Assembly: GCA_964016885.1 (NCBI GenBank)
Contig: OZ024741.1
Span: 2,108,001 to 2,172,000 of the forward strand
Direction of reading: 5' to 3'
Source of the DNA: Eledone cirrhosa
Lineage: Eukaryota
Length of the DNA: 64,000 nucleotides
The position numbers and the translations under genes are program-made. Positions 34,701 through 48,603 of the stretch are shown one piece after another. The notes beneath the pieces were generated by a model that saw only the letters and a program-made list of their open reading frames with translations, was not told the DNA's origin and searched no databases. The first letter of the stretch is position 1. Each line of letters begins with the position of its first letter.

Positions 34701-37700
34701 TACTCTGTTTAACATCCTCCATAAGAATCAGTCACATTACTAGATCAGTACTCTGTTTAACATCCTCCATAAGAATCAGTCACATTACTAAATCAGTACT
34801 CTGTTTAACATCCTCCATAAGAATCAGTCCCATTACTTGACCAGTACTCTGTTTAACATCCTCCATAAGAATCAGTTACATTGCTTGACCAGTACTCTGT
34901 TTAACATCCTCCATAAGAATCAGTCACATTACTAGATCAGTACTCTGTTTAACATCCTCCATAAGAATCAGTCACATTACTTGACCAGTACTCTGTTTAA
35001 CATCCTCCATAAGAATCGATCACATTACTTGACCAGTACTCTGTTTAACATCCTCCATAAGAATCAGTCACATTACTTGACCAGTACTCTGTTTAACATC
35101 CTCCATAAGAATCAGTCCCATTCCTTGATCAGTACTCTGTTTAACATCCTCCATAAGAATCAGTCACATTACTAAATCAGTACTCTGTTTAACATCCTCC
35201 ATAAGAATCAGTCCCATTACTTGACCAGTACTCTGTTTAACATCCTCCATAAGAATCAGTTACATTGCTTGACCAGTACTCTGTTTAACATCCTCCATAA
35301 GAATCAGTCACATTACTAGATCAGTACTCTGTTTAACATCCTCCATAAGAATCAGTCACATTACTTGACCAGTACTCTGTTTAACATCCTCCATAAGAAT
35401 CGATCACATTACTTGACCAGTACTCTGTTTAACATCCTCCATAAGAATCAGTCACATTACTTGACCAGTACTCTGTTTAACATCCTCCATAAGAATCAGT
35501 CCCATTCCTTGATCAGTACTCTGTTTAACATCCTCCATAAGAATCAGTCACATTACTTGACCAGTACTCTGTTTAACATCCTCCATAAGAATCAGTCACA
35601 TTACTTGACCAGTACTCTGTTTAACATCCTCCATAAGAATCAGTCACATTACTTGACCAGTACTCTGTTTAACATCCTCCATAAGAATCAGTCACATTAC
35701 TAGATCAGTACTCTGTTTAACATCCTCCATAAAATCAGTCACATTACTAGATCAGTACTCTGTTTAACATCCTCCATAAGAATCAGTCCCATTACTTGAC
35801 CAGTACTCTGTTTAACATCCTCCATAAGAATCAGTTACATTACTTGATCAGTACTCTGTTTAACATCCTCCATAAGAATCAGTCACATTACTAGATCAGT
35901 ACTCTGTTTAACATCCTCCATAAGAATCGATCACATTACTTGACCAGTACTCTGTTTAACATCCTCCATAAGAATCAGTCACATTACTTGACCAGTACTC
36001 TGTTTAACATCCTCCATAAGAATCGGTCACATTACTTGACCAGTACTCTGTTTAACATCTTCCATAAGAATCAGTCACATTACTAGATCAGTACTCTGTT
36101 TAACATCCTCCATAAGAATCAGTCCCATTACTTGACCAGTACTCTGTTTAACATCCTCCATAAGAATCAGTCACATTACTTGACCAGTACTCTGTTTAAC
36201 ATCCTCCATAAGAATCAGTCACATTACTAGATCAGTACTCTGTTTAACATCCTCCATAAGAATCGGTCACATTACTTGACCAGTACTCTGTTTAACATCC
36301 TCCATAAGAATCAGTCACATTACTTGACCAGTACTCTGTTTAACATCCTCCATAAGAATCAGTCACATTACTAGATCAGTACTCTGTTTAACATCCTCCA
36401 TAAGAATCAGTCACATTACTTGACCAGTACTCTGTTTAACATCCTCCATAAGAATCAGTCACATTACTTGACCAGTACTCTGTTTAACATCCTCCATAAG
36501 AATCGATCACATTACTTGACCAGTACTCTGTTTAACATCCTCCATAAGAATGAGTCACATTACTTGACCAGTACTCTGTTTAACATCCTCCATAAGAATC
36601 AGTCCCATTCCTTGATCAGTACTCTGTTTAACATCCTCCATAAGAATCAGTCACATTACTTGACCAGTACTCTGTTTAACATCCTCCATAAGAATCAGTC
36701 ACATTACTAGAGAAGTACTCTGTTTAACATCCTCCATAAGAATCAGTCACATTACTTGACCAGTACTCTGTTTAACATCCTCCATAAGAATCAGTCACAT
36801 TACTTGACCAGTACTCTGTTTAACATCCTCCATAAGAATCAGTCACATTACTTGACCAGTACTCTGTTTAACATCCTCCATAAGAATCAGTCACATTACT
36901 AGATCAGTACTCTGTTTAACATCCTCCATAAAATCAGTCACATTACTAGATCAGTACTCTGTTTAACATCCTCCATAAGAATCAGTCCCATTACTTGACC
37001 AGTACTCTGTTTAACATCCTCCATAAGAATCAGTTACATTACTTGATCAGTACTCTGTTTAACATCCTCCATAAGAATCAGTCACATTACTAGATCAGTA
37101 CTCTGTTTAACATCCTCCATAAGAATCGATCACATTACTTGACCAGTACTCTGTTTAACATCCTCCATAAGAATCAGTCACATTACTTGACCAGTACTCT
37201 GTTTAACATCCTCCATAAGAATCGGTCACATTACTTGAGCAGTACTCTGTTTAACATCTTCCATAAGAATCAGTCACATTACTAGATCAGTACTCTGTTT
37301 AACATCCTCCATAAGAATCAGTCCCATTACTTGACCAGTACTCTGTTTAACATCCTCCATAAGAATCAGTCACATTACTTGACCAGTACTCTGTTTAACA
37401 TCCTCCATAAGAATCAGTCACATTACTAGATCAGTACTCTGTTTAACATCCTCCATAAGAATCGGTCACATTACTTGACCAGTACTCTGTTTAACATCCT
37501 CCATAAGAATCAGTCACATTACTTGACCAGTACTCTGTTTAACATCCTCCATAAGAATCAGTCACATTACTAGATCAGTACTCTGTTTAACATCCTCCAT
37601 AAGAATCAGTCACATTACTTGACCAGTACTCTGTTTAACATCCTCCATAAGAATCAGTCACATTACTTGACCAGTACTCTGTTTAACATCCTCCATAAGA

Positions 37701-40700
37701 ATCAGTCACATTACTTGACCAGTACTCTGTTTAACATACTCCATAAGAATCGATCACATTACTTGATCAGTACTCTGTTTAAGATCCTCCATAAGAATCA
37801 GTCCCATTACTTGACCAGTACTCTGTTTAACATCCTCCATAAGAATCAGTCCCATTACTTGACCAGTACTCTGTTTAACATCCTCCATAAGAATCAGTTA
37901 CATTACTTGACCAGTACTCTGTTTAACATCCTCCATAAGAATCAGTCACATTACTTGACCAGTACTCTGTTTAACATCCTCCATAAGAATCGGTCACATT
38001 ACTTGACCAGTACTCTGTTTAACATCTTCCATAAGAATCAGTCACATTACTAGATCAGTACTCTGTTTAACATCCTCCATAAGAATCAGTCCCATTACTT
38101 GACCAGTACTCTGTTTAACATCCTCCATAAGAATCAGTCACATTACTTGACCAGTACTCTGTTTAACATCCTCCATAAGAATCGGTCACATTACTTGACC
38201 AGTACTCTGTTTAACATCCTCCATAAGAATCGGTCACATTACTTGACCAGTACTCTGTTTAACATCTTCCATAAGAATCAGTCACATTACTAGATCAGTA
38301 CTCTGTTTAACATCCTCCATAAGAATCAGTCCCATTACTTGACCAGTACTCTGTTTAACATCCTCCATAAGAATCAGTCACATTACTTGACCAGTACTCT
38401 GTTTAACATCCTCCATAAGAATCAGTCACATTACTAGATCAGTACTCTGTTTAACATCCTCCATAAGAATCGGTCACATTACTTGACCAGTACTCTGTTT
38501 AACATCCTCCATAAGAATCAGTCACATTACTAGATCAGTACTCTGTTTAACATCCTCCATAAGAATCAGTCCCATTACTTGACCAGTACTCTGTTTAACA
38601 TCCTCCATAAGAATCAGTCCCATTACTTGACCAGTACTCTGTTTAACATCCTCCATAAGAATCAGTCACATTACATGACCAGTACTCTGTTTAACATCCT
38701 CCATAAGAATCAGTCACATTACTTGACCAGTACTCTGTTTAACATCCTCCATAAGAATCGGTCACATTACTTGACCAGTACTCTGTTTAACATCCTCCAT
38801 AAGAATCGGTCACATTACTTGAACAGTACTCTGTTTAACATCTTCCATAAGAATCAGTCACATTACTAGATCAGTACTCTGTTTAACATCCTCCATAAGA
38901 ATCAGTCCCATTACTTGACCAGAACTCTGTTTAACATCCTACATAAGAATCAGTCACATTACTTGACCAGTACTCTGTTTAACATCCTCCATAATAATCA
39001 GTCACATTACTAGATCAGTACTCTGTTTAACATCCTCCATAAGAATCGGTCACATTACTTGACCAGTACTCTGTTTAACATCCTCCATAAGAATCAGTCA
39101 CATTACTAGATCAGTACTCTGTTTAACATCCTCCATAAGAATCAGTCCCATTACTTGACCAGTACTCTGTTTAACATCCTCCATTAGAATCAGTCCCATT
39201 ACTTGACCAGTACTCTGTTTAACATCCTCCTTAAGAATCAGTTACATTACTTGACCAGTACTCTGTTTAACATCCTCCATAAGAATCAGTCACGTTACTA
39301 GATCAGTACTCTGTTTAACATCCTCCATAAGAATCGGTCACATTACTTGACCAGTACTCTGTTTAACATCCTCCATAAGAATCAGTCACATTACTTGACC
39401 AGTACTCTGTTTAACATCCTCCATAAGAATCAGTCACATTACTTGACCAGTACTCTGTTTAACATCCTCCATAAGAATCAGTCACATTACTAGATCAGTA
39501 CTCTGTTTAACATCCTCCATAAGAATCGATCACATTACTTGACCAGTACTCTGTTTAATATCCTCCATAAGAATCAGTCACATTACTTCACCAGTACTCT
39601 GTTTAACATCCTCCATAAGAATCGATCACATTACTTGACCAGTACTCTGTTTAACATCCTCCATAAGAATCAGTCACATTACTTGACCAGTACTCTGTTT
39701 AACATCCTCCATAAGAATCAGTCACATTACTTGACCAGTACTCTGTTTAACATCCTCCATAAGAATCAGCCCCATTACTTGACCAGTACTCTGTTTAACA
39801 TCCTCCATAAGAATCAGTTACATTACTTGACCAGTACTCTGTTTAACATCCTCCATAAGAATCAGTCACGTTACTAGATCAGTACTCTGTTTAACATCCT
39901 CCATAAGAATCGGTCACATTACTTGACCAGTACTCTGTTTAACATCCTCCATAAGAATCAGTCACATTACTTGACCAGTACTCTGTTTAACATCCTCCAT
40001 AAGAATCAGTCACATTACTTGACCAGTACTCTGTTTAACATGCTCCATAAGAATCAGTCACATTACTAGATCAGTACTCTGTTTAACATCCTCCATAAGA
40101 ATCAGTCACATTACTTGACCAGTACTCTGTTTAACATCCTCCATAAGAATCAGTCACATTACTTGACCAGTACTCTGTTTAACATCCTCCATAAGAATCA
40201 GTCACATTACTTGACCAGTACTCTGTTTAACATCCTCCATAAGAATCAGTCACATTACTTGACCAGTACTCTGTTTAACATCCTCCATAAGAATCAGTCA
40301 CATTACTTGACCAGTACTCTGTTTAACATCCTCCATAAGAATCAGTCACATTACTTGACCAGTACTCTGTTTAACATCCTCCATAAGAATCAGTTACATT
40401 ACTAGATTAGTACTCTGTTTAACATCCTCCATAAGAATCGATCACATTACTTGATCAGTACTCTGTTTAACATCCTCCATAAGAATCGATCACATTACTT
40501 GATCAGTACTCTGTTTAACATCCTCCATAAGAATCAGTCACATTACTTGACCAGTACTCTGTTTAACATCCTCCATAAGAATCAGTCACATTACTTGACC
40601 AGTACTCTGTTTAACATCCTCCATAAGAATCAGTCACATTACTTGACCAGTACTCTGTTTAACATCCTCCATAAGAATCAGTCACATTACTTGACCAGTA

Positions 40701-43362
40701 CTCTGTTTAACATCCTCCATAAGAATCAGTCACATTACTTGACCAGTACTCTGTTTAACATCCTCCATAAGAATCAGTCACATTACTTGACCAGTACTCT
40801 GTTTAACATCCTCCATAAGAATCAGTCACATTACTTGACCAGCACTCTGTTTAACATCCTCCATAAGAATCAGTTACATTACTAGATTAGTACTCTGTTT
40901 AACATCCTCCATAAGAATCGATCACATTACTTGACCAGTACTCTGTTTAACATACTCCATAAGAATCGGTCACATTACTAGACCAGTACTCTGTTTGACA
41001 TCCTCCATAAGAATCGATCACATTACTTGACCAGTACTCTGTTTGACATCCTCCATAAGAATCGATCACATTACTTGACCAGTACTCTGTTTAACATACT
41101 CCATAAGAATCGATCACATTACTTGATCAGTACTCTGTTTAAGATCCTCCATAAGAATCAGTCCCATTACTTGACCAGTACTCTGTTTAACATCCTCCAT
41201 TAGAATCAGTCCCATTACTTGACCAGTACTCTGTTTAACATCCTCCATAAGAATCAGTTACATTACTTGACCAGTACTCTGTTTAACATCCTCCATAAGA
41301 ATCAGTCACGTTACTAGATCAGTACTCTGTTTAACATCCTCCATAAGAATCGGTCACATTACTTGACCAGTACTCTGTTTAACATCCTCCATAAGAATCA
41401 GTCACATTACTTGACCAGTACTCTGTTTAACATCCTCCATAAGAATCAGTCACATTACTTGACCAGTACTCTGTTTAACATCCTCCATAAGAATCAGTCA
41501 CATTACTAGATCAGTACTCTGTTTAACATCCTCCATAAGAATCGATCACATTACTTGACCAGTACTCTGTTTAATATCCTCCATAAGAATCAGTCACATT
41601 ACTTCACCAGTACTCTGTTTAACATCCTCCATAAGAATCGATCACATTACTTGACCAGTACTCTGTTTAACATCCTCCATAAGAATCAGTCACATTACTT
41701 GACCAGTACTCTGTTTAACATCCTCCATAAGAATCAGTCACATTACTTGACCAGTACTCTGTTTAACATCCTCCATAAGAAACAGTCCCATTACTTGACC
41801 AGTACTCTGTTTAACATCCTCCATAAGAATCAGTTACATTACTTGACCAATACTCTGTTTAACATCCTCCATAAGAATCAGTCACGTTACTAGATCAGTA
41901 CTCTGTTTAACATCCTCCATAAGAATCGGTCACATTACTTGACCAGTACTCTGTTTAACATCCTCCATAAGAATCAGTCACATTACTTGACCAGTACTCT
42001 GTTTAACATCCTCCATAAGAATCAGTCACATTACTTGACCAGTACTCTGTTTAACATGCTCCATAAGAATCAGTCACATTACTAGATCAGTACTCTGTTT
42101 AACATCCTCCATAAGAATCAGTCACATTACTTGACCAGTACTCTGTTTAACATCCTCCATAAGAATCAGTCACATTACTTGACCAGTACTCTGTTTAACA
42201 TCCTCCATAAGAATCAGTCACATTACTTGACCAGTACTCTGTTTAACATCCTCCATAAGAATCAGTCACATTACTTGACCAGTACTCTGTTTAACATCCT
42301 CCATAAGAATCAGTCACATTACTTGACCAGTACTCTGTTTAACATCCTCCATAAGAATCAGTCACATTACTTGACCAGTACTCTGTTTAACATCCTCCAT
42401 AAGAATCAGTTACATTACTAGATTAGTACTCTGTTTAACATCCTCCATAAGAATCGATCACATTACTTGATCAGTACTCTGTTTAACATCCTCCATAAGA
42501 ATCGATCACATTACTTGATCAGTACTCTGTTTAACATCCTCCATAAGAATCAGTCACATTACTTGACCAGTACTCTGTTTAACATCCTCCATAAGAATCA
42601 GTCACATTACTTGACCAGTACTCTGTTTAACATCCTCCATAAGAATCAGTCACATTACTTGACCAGTACTCTGTTTAACATCCTCCATAAGAATCAGTCA
42701 CATTACTTGACCAGTACTCTGTTTAACATCCTCCATAAGAATCAGTCACATTACTTGACCAGTACTCTGTTTAACATCCTCCATAAGAATCAGTCACATT
42801 ACTTGACCAGTACTCTGTTTAACATCCTCCATAAGAATCAGTCACATTACTTGACCAGTACTCTGTTTAACATCCTCCATAAGAATCAGTTACATTACTA
42901 GATTAGTACTCTGTTTAACATCCTCCATAAGAATCGATCACATTACTTGACCAGTACTCTGTTTAACATACTCCATAAGAATCGGTCACATTACTAGACC
43001 AGTACTCTGTTTGACATCCTCCATAAGAATCGATCACATTACTTGACCAGTACTCTGTTTGACATCCTCCATAAGAATCGATCACATTACTTGACCAGTA
43101 CTCTGTTTAACATACTCCATAAGAATCGATCACATTACTTGATCAGTACTCTGTTTAAGATCCTCCATAAGAATCAGTCCCATTACTTGACCAGTACTCT
43201 GTTTAATATACTCCATAAGAATCGATCACATTACTTGATCAGTACTCTGTTTAACATCCTCCATAAGACTCGGTCACATTACTTGACCAGTACTCTGTTT
43301 AACATCCTCCATAAGAATCGGTCACATTACTTGACCAGTACTCTGTTTAACATCCTCCATAA
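31753..43362 (+). repeat. 48-bp satellite array, about 242 monomers (CAGTACTCTGTTTAACATCCTCCATAAGAATCAGTCACATTACTTGAC)
   Basis: Highly homogeneous direct repeats with no spacers. Variant patterns recur at offsets of 384, 1437 and 2016 bp. Confidence 0.98.
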
Positions 43363-43575
43363 AATTAATGGCGTTGTTGACCTCAGCAAATTTAGAACTC
43401 AGAGCGCGGAGAACCGGAAAGAATACAGTAAAATGGAGATACATATTAGTTTAACACTTAATATAGTAGGAAAAGAGTCTGAACGTTTTGGACGCTAGTC
43501 CTTCATCAGAAAATAGAATGTGAAATAAAAGAAGTAAAAGATAGAGGAAGGTGAGAAGAGGAAAAAGCACATATG

Positions 43576-44080
43576 TGTTCAGACAGCTATTCTATACACG
43601 TGTGTGTGTATGTGTGTATGTGTATGTATGTGTGTTTGTGTATGTGTTTGTGTGTGTGTGTATGTGTATATGTGTGTGTATGTGTGTGTATGTGTTTGTG
43701 TGTGTGTATGTGTGTGTGTATGTGTATATGTGTGTATGTGTATGTGTGTATGTGTGTATATGTATGTGTGTGTATGTATGTGTGTGTGTATACGTATGTG
43801 GTATGTGTGTAAGTGTATGTGTGTGTGTATGTGTATATGTGTATGTGTATGTGTGTATGTGTGTGTGCGTGTATGTGTGTGGGTGCGTGTTTATTTGTGT
43901 GTAAATGTATGTGTGTATGTGTATGTGTGTGTATATGTATGTGTGTGTATGTGTATGTGAGTGTGTATGAGTGTGTATGTGTGTATGTATATGTATGCGT
44001 GTGTATGTGTGTGTATGTATGTGTGTGTATGTATGTGTTTGTATGTATGTGTATGTATGTGTGTGTGTATGTGTATATGT
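43576..44080 (+). repeat. (TG)/(TATG) microsatellite tract
   Basis: Direct reading of the sequence. Confidence 0.9.
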
Positions 44081-44240
44081 GATCAAATAATGTTTGACAG
44101 GCAACTACACGTGTTTTCCCTTTTCTTGGGTGGGGTAGACCGATTCTAATCTCTTACTTTTATTTCACAAACAACTCCTTGTTCCAATCTTCAGACGAAG
44201 GACAAGAGTCCTGAACATTAAGTCGATATTAAGAGTTATA

Positions 44241-44275
<35 letters not shown>

Positions 44276-44402
44276 AAAGTTATATTTAAATTGTTGGGTT
44301 ACAACTAGTAAATATTTATAACTGATATAAAAGCACTCGACAAGTATTTGGAGTATATTTACAATATTAAATAAATGGAAACTATATTTATAAAACCATA
44401 TT

Positions 44403-44468
44403 TATTTCATTATATATATTTCAGGGATATCATATTAACAATATGCTATGCCTTCCTCAGACAAAATA
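44403..44468 (-). ncRNA. Type I hammerhead ribozyme fold inside a foldback PLE tail
   Basis: TATTTTGT-CTGAGGA-AGGCATAGCATATT(GTT)AATATGATATCCCT-GAAA-TATATA-TA-ATGAAATA. Stem I is 8 bp with two G.U pairs, and the motif sits within the inverted repeat 44361-44526. Confidence 0.65.
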
Positions 44469-44521
44469 CAATATAAATGTAATAAATATGGTTTTATAAA
44501 TATAGTTTCCATTTATTTAAT

Positions 44522-44557
<36 letters not shown>

Positions 44558-44650
44558 TTATTTCCGTAGGAAGGGTAATGGAAAGGTGAGTGCTCTATGT
44601 AGGCTACAGAGCTATTATTTAGTTATGTAATAAACAACATAAGACAATTA

Positions 44651-44723
44651 TTCCATTTACCAAAGGTTTCGCGAAGACAGACGAGCTCAACAGAGACGTC
44701 TGAAATCGCTCATCAGAATGAAA
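44651..44723 (-). ncRNA. Canonical type I hammerhead ribozyme
   Basis: TTTCATT-CTGATGA-GCGA[..CAGACG..CGTCTG..]TCGC-GAAA-CC(TTT)GG-TA-AATGGAA. It has a 7-bp stem I, perfect core, G10.1-C11.1 pair and a GUA triplet (predicted cut after 44658). It lies in a ~240-bp unit flanked by (TA)n. Confidence 0.85.
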
Positions 44724-44811
44724 ATAAAAATTTAATATGGACGTAAGATATGAATTTAAAAACATAAGCAAAACCAATGATAGCGAGGCTGATAGATATA
44801 TATATATATAT

Positions 44812-45785
44812 GTTTCTTTTATTTGCCACCAGGGCATCAAAAGTGGGACAAGTAAAAAGGGGGGAGTTTACACAAAAAAGGCGTCCTCAATAAGAAGGAG
44901 GCAATAACAAAATATAACAATAAAATAAAATATAACAAAAAATAAAATGTATAACAAAATCCTCAATAGAGAGGAGGCGCCTTGGGGGGTCGCACACACC
45001 CCCGAAAAAAGTGTGCAACCCTTTTCCTCAGGAGCACAGAGAGGGGGTGCTCCCTCGTTCCTTCCTCTTTTCCACCTACAGGCTTATGTAAAGTGAAGGC
45101 CCATTAACACGGGCCATTCTCGCCACCTTCACCCACCTTTCATAAAAACGACTGGGGTGGAGCACCTCTCTCTCCATCCTGATCCTTCTTCCGAAATGAT
45201 ATCGGAAGAAACGGACCAGTTGTTGGCCAGAGAGAAAGGTGCCTGACCTCAGTCCTTTCAGACGCGTCCACCATACAACCTCTTTCGCCATGGCTATTAC
45301 ACACAGAAACACCGCCTCTGCTTCATCTTTGAAGGGGGGAGGCGGCTTGATCATTACAATAGACTCGGTGGTCAACCGGATCGGTCCCACCCTTGACAGC
45401 AGTTGTTCGACATAGCCCCACAGATCGGCTACGCCCGAGCAGTGTACCAATGCGTGTGCAACGGTTTCCTCGTCGCACACGCATCTGGGACAGATCTTTT
45501 TGGCGGCGTCCCTACCCGGGCGCCCGTGTCTGTAGAGCCTTTCTCGAACGGGTAAAGCCCCTCGGTAGCACTGCCAGGCCAGGGACTTCTGGAAGTTGTC
45601 CATAGGTCCCGGGTTGAATGTCCTACCGAACAGGCTGGCCAGTTCGTCCTCCTCCATGTCTAGGGCTTCTCCGAGGGCGTCGTCGCACCTGCTGCGTACC
45701 AGCCCTCTATAGAATGTTGCGGTGGAGTCTCCACTGATAACCGGATCCGCCTGCCAGAGGGCGGTGAGCGCCTGGGCACACTCAG
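44812..45785 (-). mobile_element. Tx1-clade LINE 3' fragment
   Basis: Translates to ECAQALTALWQA...LAWQCYRGALPVRERL...CPRCVCDEETVAHALVHC...YISL*. The 3' end AATAAAAGAAAC runs into (AT)n. Confidence 0.9.
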
Positions 45786-45930
45786 TAGGAAAAAGTATAA
45801 CCCCGTCGGCAGAGCTCAAGCCGTTTCGACGGCTACTTCTAGTACTCTGTTCGTTATGGTCCATCTGGTTTCTTACCACAATTCCTTTGTTATATATATG
45901 TATATATAAGTATACATATATATATAGTGC

Positions 45931-45983
<53 letters not shown>

Positions 45984-45990
45984 TATAGAG

Positions 45991-46172
45991 TAATAATTGT
46001 TTCTACTTTAGGCACAAGGCCAGCAATTACCCCGTGCATTACTGGTACTTGATTTTATCGACCCCGTAAGGATGAAACGCAAAGTCACCACGGCGGGATT
46101 TGAACTCAGATCGTAAAGGGACGTAACTTAGCTGGACAGCATGGCGTCCGACCCTCTACTGATACTGCCAAT
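45991..46172 (-). mobile_element. tRNA-derived SINE
   Basis: Reverse complement of the 16769-16948 family. Confidence 0.85.
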
Positions 46173-46227
46173 CCACCGATATATAATGATATTAAATAAA
46201 TGGAAACTATATTTATAAAACCATATT

Positions 46228-46288
46228 TATTCTATTATATACATTTCAAGGGTACCAAAACTTTGGCACGCTCTCATCAGATAAAATA
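46228..46288 (-). ncRNA. Type I hammerhead ribozyme fold, paralog of 44403-44468
   Basis: TATTTTAT-CTGATGA-GAGCGTGCCAAA(GT)TTTGGTACCCTT-GAAA-TGTATA-TA-ATAGAATA. The downstream tail is the same as in the 44.4-kb copy. Confidence 0.68.
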
Positions 46289-46401
46289 CGAAGTGTGTTT
46301 TATAAATATTTGACATGACCAAGGATGATATACCTTAACGGTTCAAGTTATCCCTGGGATATCCTATCTGACCTGTTAGCTTTGAACGGGTCTGGTCATA
46401 A

Positions 46402-47962
46402 TATACACATATACACACATATATATATACATATACACACATATATATATATACATATACACACACATATATACACATATACACACATATATATATACAT
46501 ATACACACATATATATATACATATATACACACACATATATACACATATACACACATATATATATACATATACACACATATATATATACATATATACACAC
46601 ATATATACACATATACACACACATATATACACATATACACACATATATATATACATATACACACATATATATATATACATATATACACACATATATATAT
46701 ATACATATACACACACATATATACACATATACACACATATATATACACATATACACACATATATATATACACATATACACACATATATATATACACATAT
46801 ACACACATATATATACATATACACACACATATATACACATATACACACACATATATATACATATACACACATATATATACACATATACACACATATATAT
46901 ACACATATACACACATATATATATACACAAATACACACATATATATACACATATACAAACATATATATGTACACATATACTCACACATATATATACATAT
47001 ACACACATATATATACACATGTACACACATATATATATACATATACACACACATATATACACATATACACACATATATATACTCATATACACACATATAT
47101 ATACACATATACACATATACACAAATATATATACTCATATACACACATATATATACTCATATACACATATATATATATATATACATATATACACATATAT
47201 ATACACATATACACACATATATATACACATTATACACACATATATATACACATATACACACATATATATATACACATATACACACATATATATTCACATA
47301 TACACACATATATATACACATATACAAACATATATATGTACACATATACTCACACTTATATATACATATACACACATATATATACACATGTACACACATA
47401 TATATATACATATACACACACATATATACACATATACACATATATATACTCATATACACACATACACACATATATATACACATATACACACATATATATA
47501 TACACATATACACACATATATATATATACATATACACACACACATATACACATATACACACATATATATACTCATATACACACATATATATACTCATATA
47601 CACACATATATATATATATACACATATACACACATATATATACACATATACAAACATATATATGTACACATATACTCACACATATATATATACACATGTA
47701 CACACATATATATATACATGTACACACATATATATATATATACACATGTATACACATATATATATATATACACATGTACACACATATATATACACATGTA
47801 GACACATATATATATACACATGTATACACATATATATACACATATACACACACATATATATATACACATGTACACACACATATATATATACATAAACACA
47901 CATATATATATACACATGTACACACACATATATATACACATATACACACACACGCACACATT
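46402..47962 (+). repeat. Compound (CA)/(TA) microsatellite, 1.56 kb
   Basis: Direct reading of the sequence. It is the source of the spurious 582-aa HIYT ORF. Confidence 0.95.
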
Positions 47963-48094
47963 CATATGTATTACAAGAAAAGAAGAAAATTGAGTTTGGA
48001 TGGCCTCCAGGCCAACAAACCACCTCACAGACGCCGTCCTCCACAACAACAATATATAACTATTGGAAATTAAAAAGATACGATAGAAACTATT

Positions 48095-48603
48095 TCACTC
48101 ACCCCACCACTCACACACCCCACCACTCACACACCCTACCACTCACCCCACCACTCACCCCACCACCAACACACCCTACCACTCACTCTACCACACACAC
48201 ACACACACCTCACCACTTACACACGCCCTACCACTCACCCTACCACTCACCCCACCACTCACACACCCCACCACTCACACACCCTACCACTCACCCCACC
48301 CCTCACCCCACCACCAACACACCCTACCACTCACCCTACCACACACACACACCCCACCACTTACACACGCCCTACCACTCACCCCACCACTCACATACCC
48401 TACCACTCACACACACCCTACCACTCACCCCACCACTCACACCAACACTCACACACCCTACCACTCACCCCACCACCCACACACACCCTACCACTCACCC
48501 CACCACTCACATACCCCACCACTCACACCCTACCACTCACCCCACCACCCACACACACCCTACCACTCACCCCACCACTCACACTCACCCTCCACTCACA
48601 CTC
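48095..48603 (+). repeat. (CCYACCACTCAC)-type minisatellite
   Basis: Direct reading of the sequence. Confidence 0.88.

Noticed and set aside
31753-43362. CRISPR-like array, or a 16-aa repeat protein (LTSTLFNILHKNQSHY)n
   Set aside because: There are no unique spacers or cas genes and the context is eukaryotic. Frequent TAG variants and 1-2 bp deletions break the frame.
45076-45879. 267-aa ORF as a host gene
   Set aside because: It is a chance fusion of a family A repeat to a truncated Tx1 ORF2 C-terminus.
46325-48073. 582-aa His/Ile/Tyr/Thr ORF and similar CV/YI ORFs across the window
   Set aside because: (CA)/(TA) microsatellites lack stop codons because of their composition.
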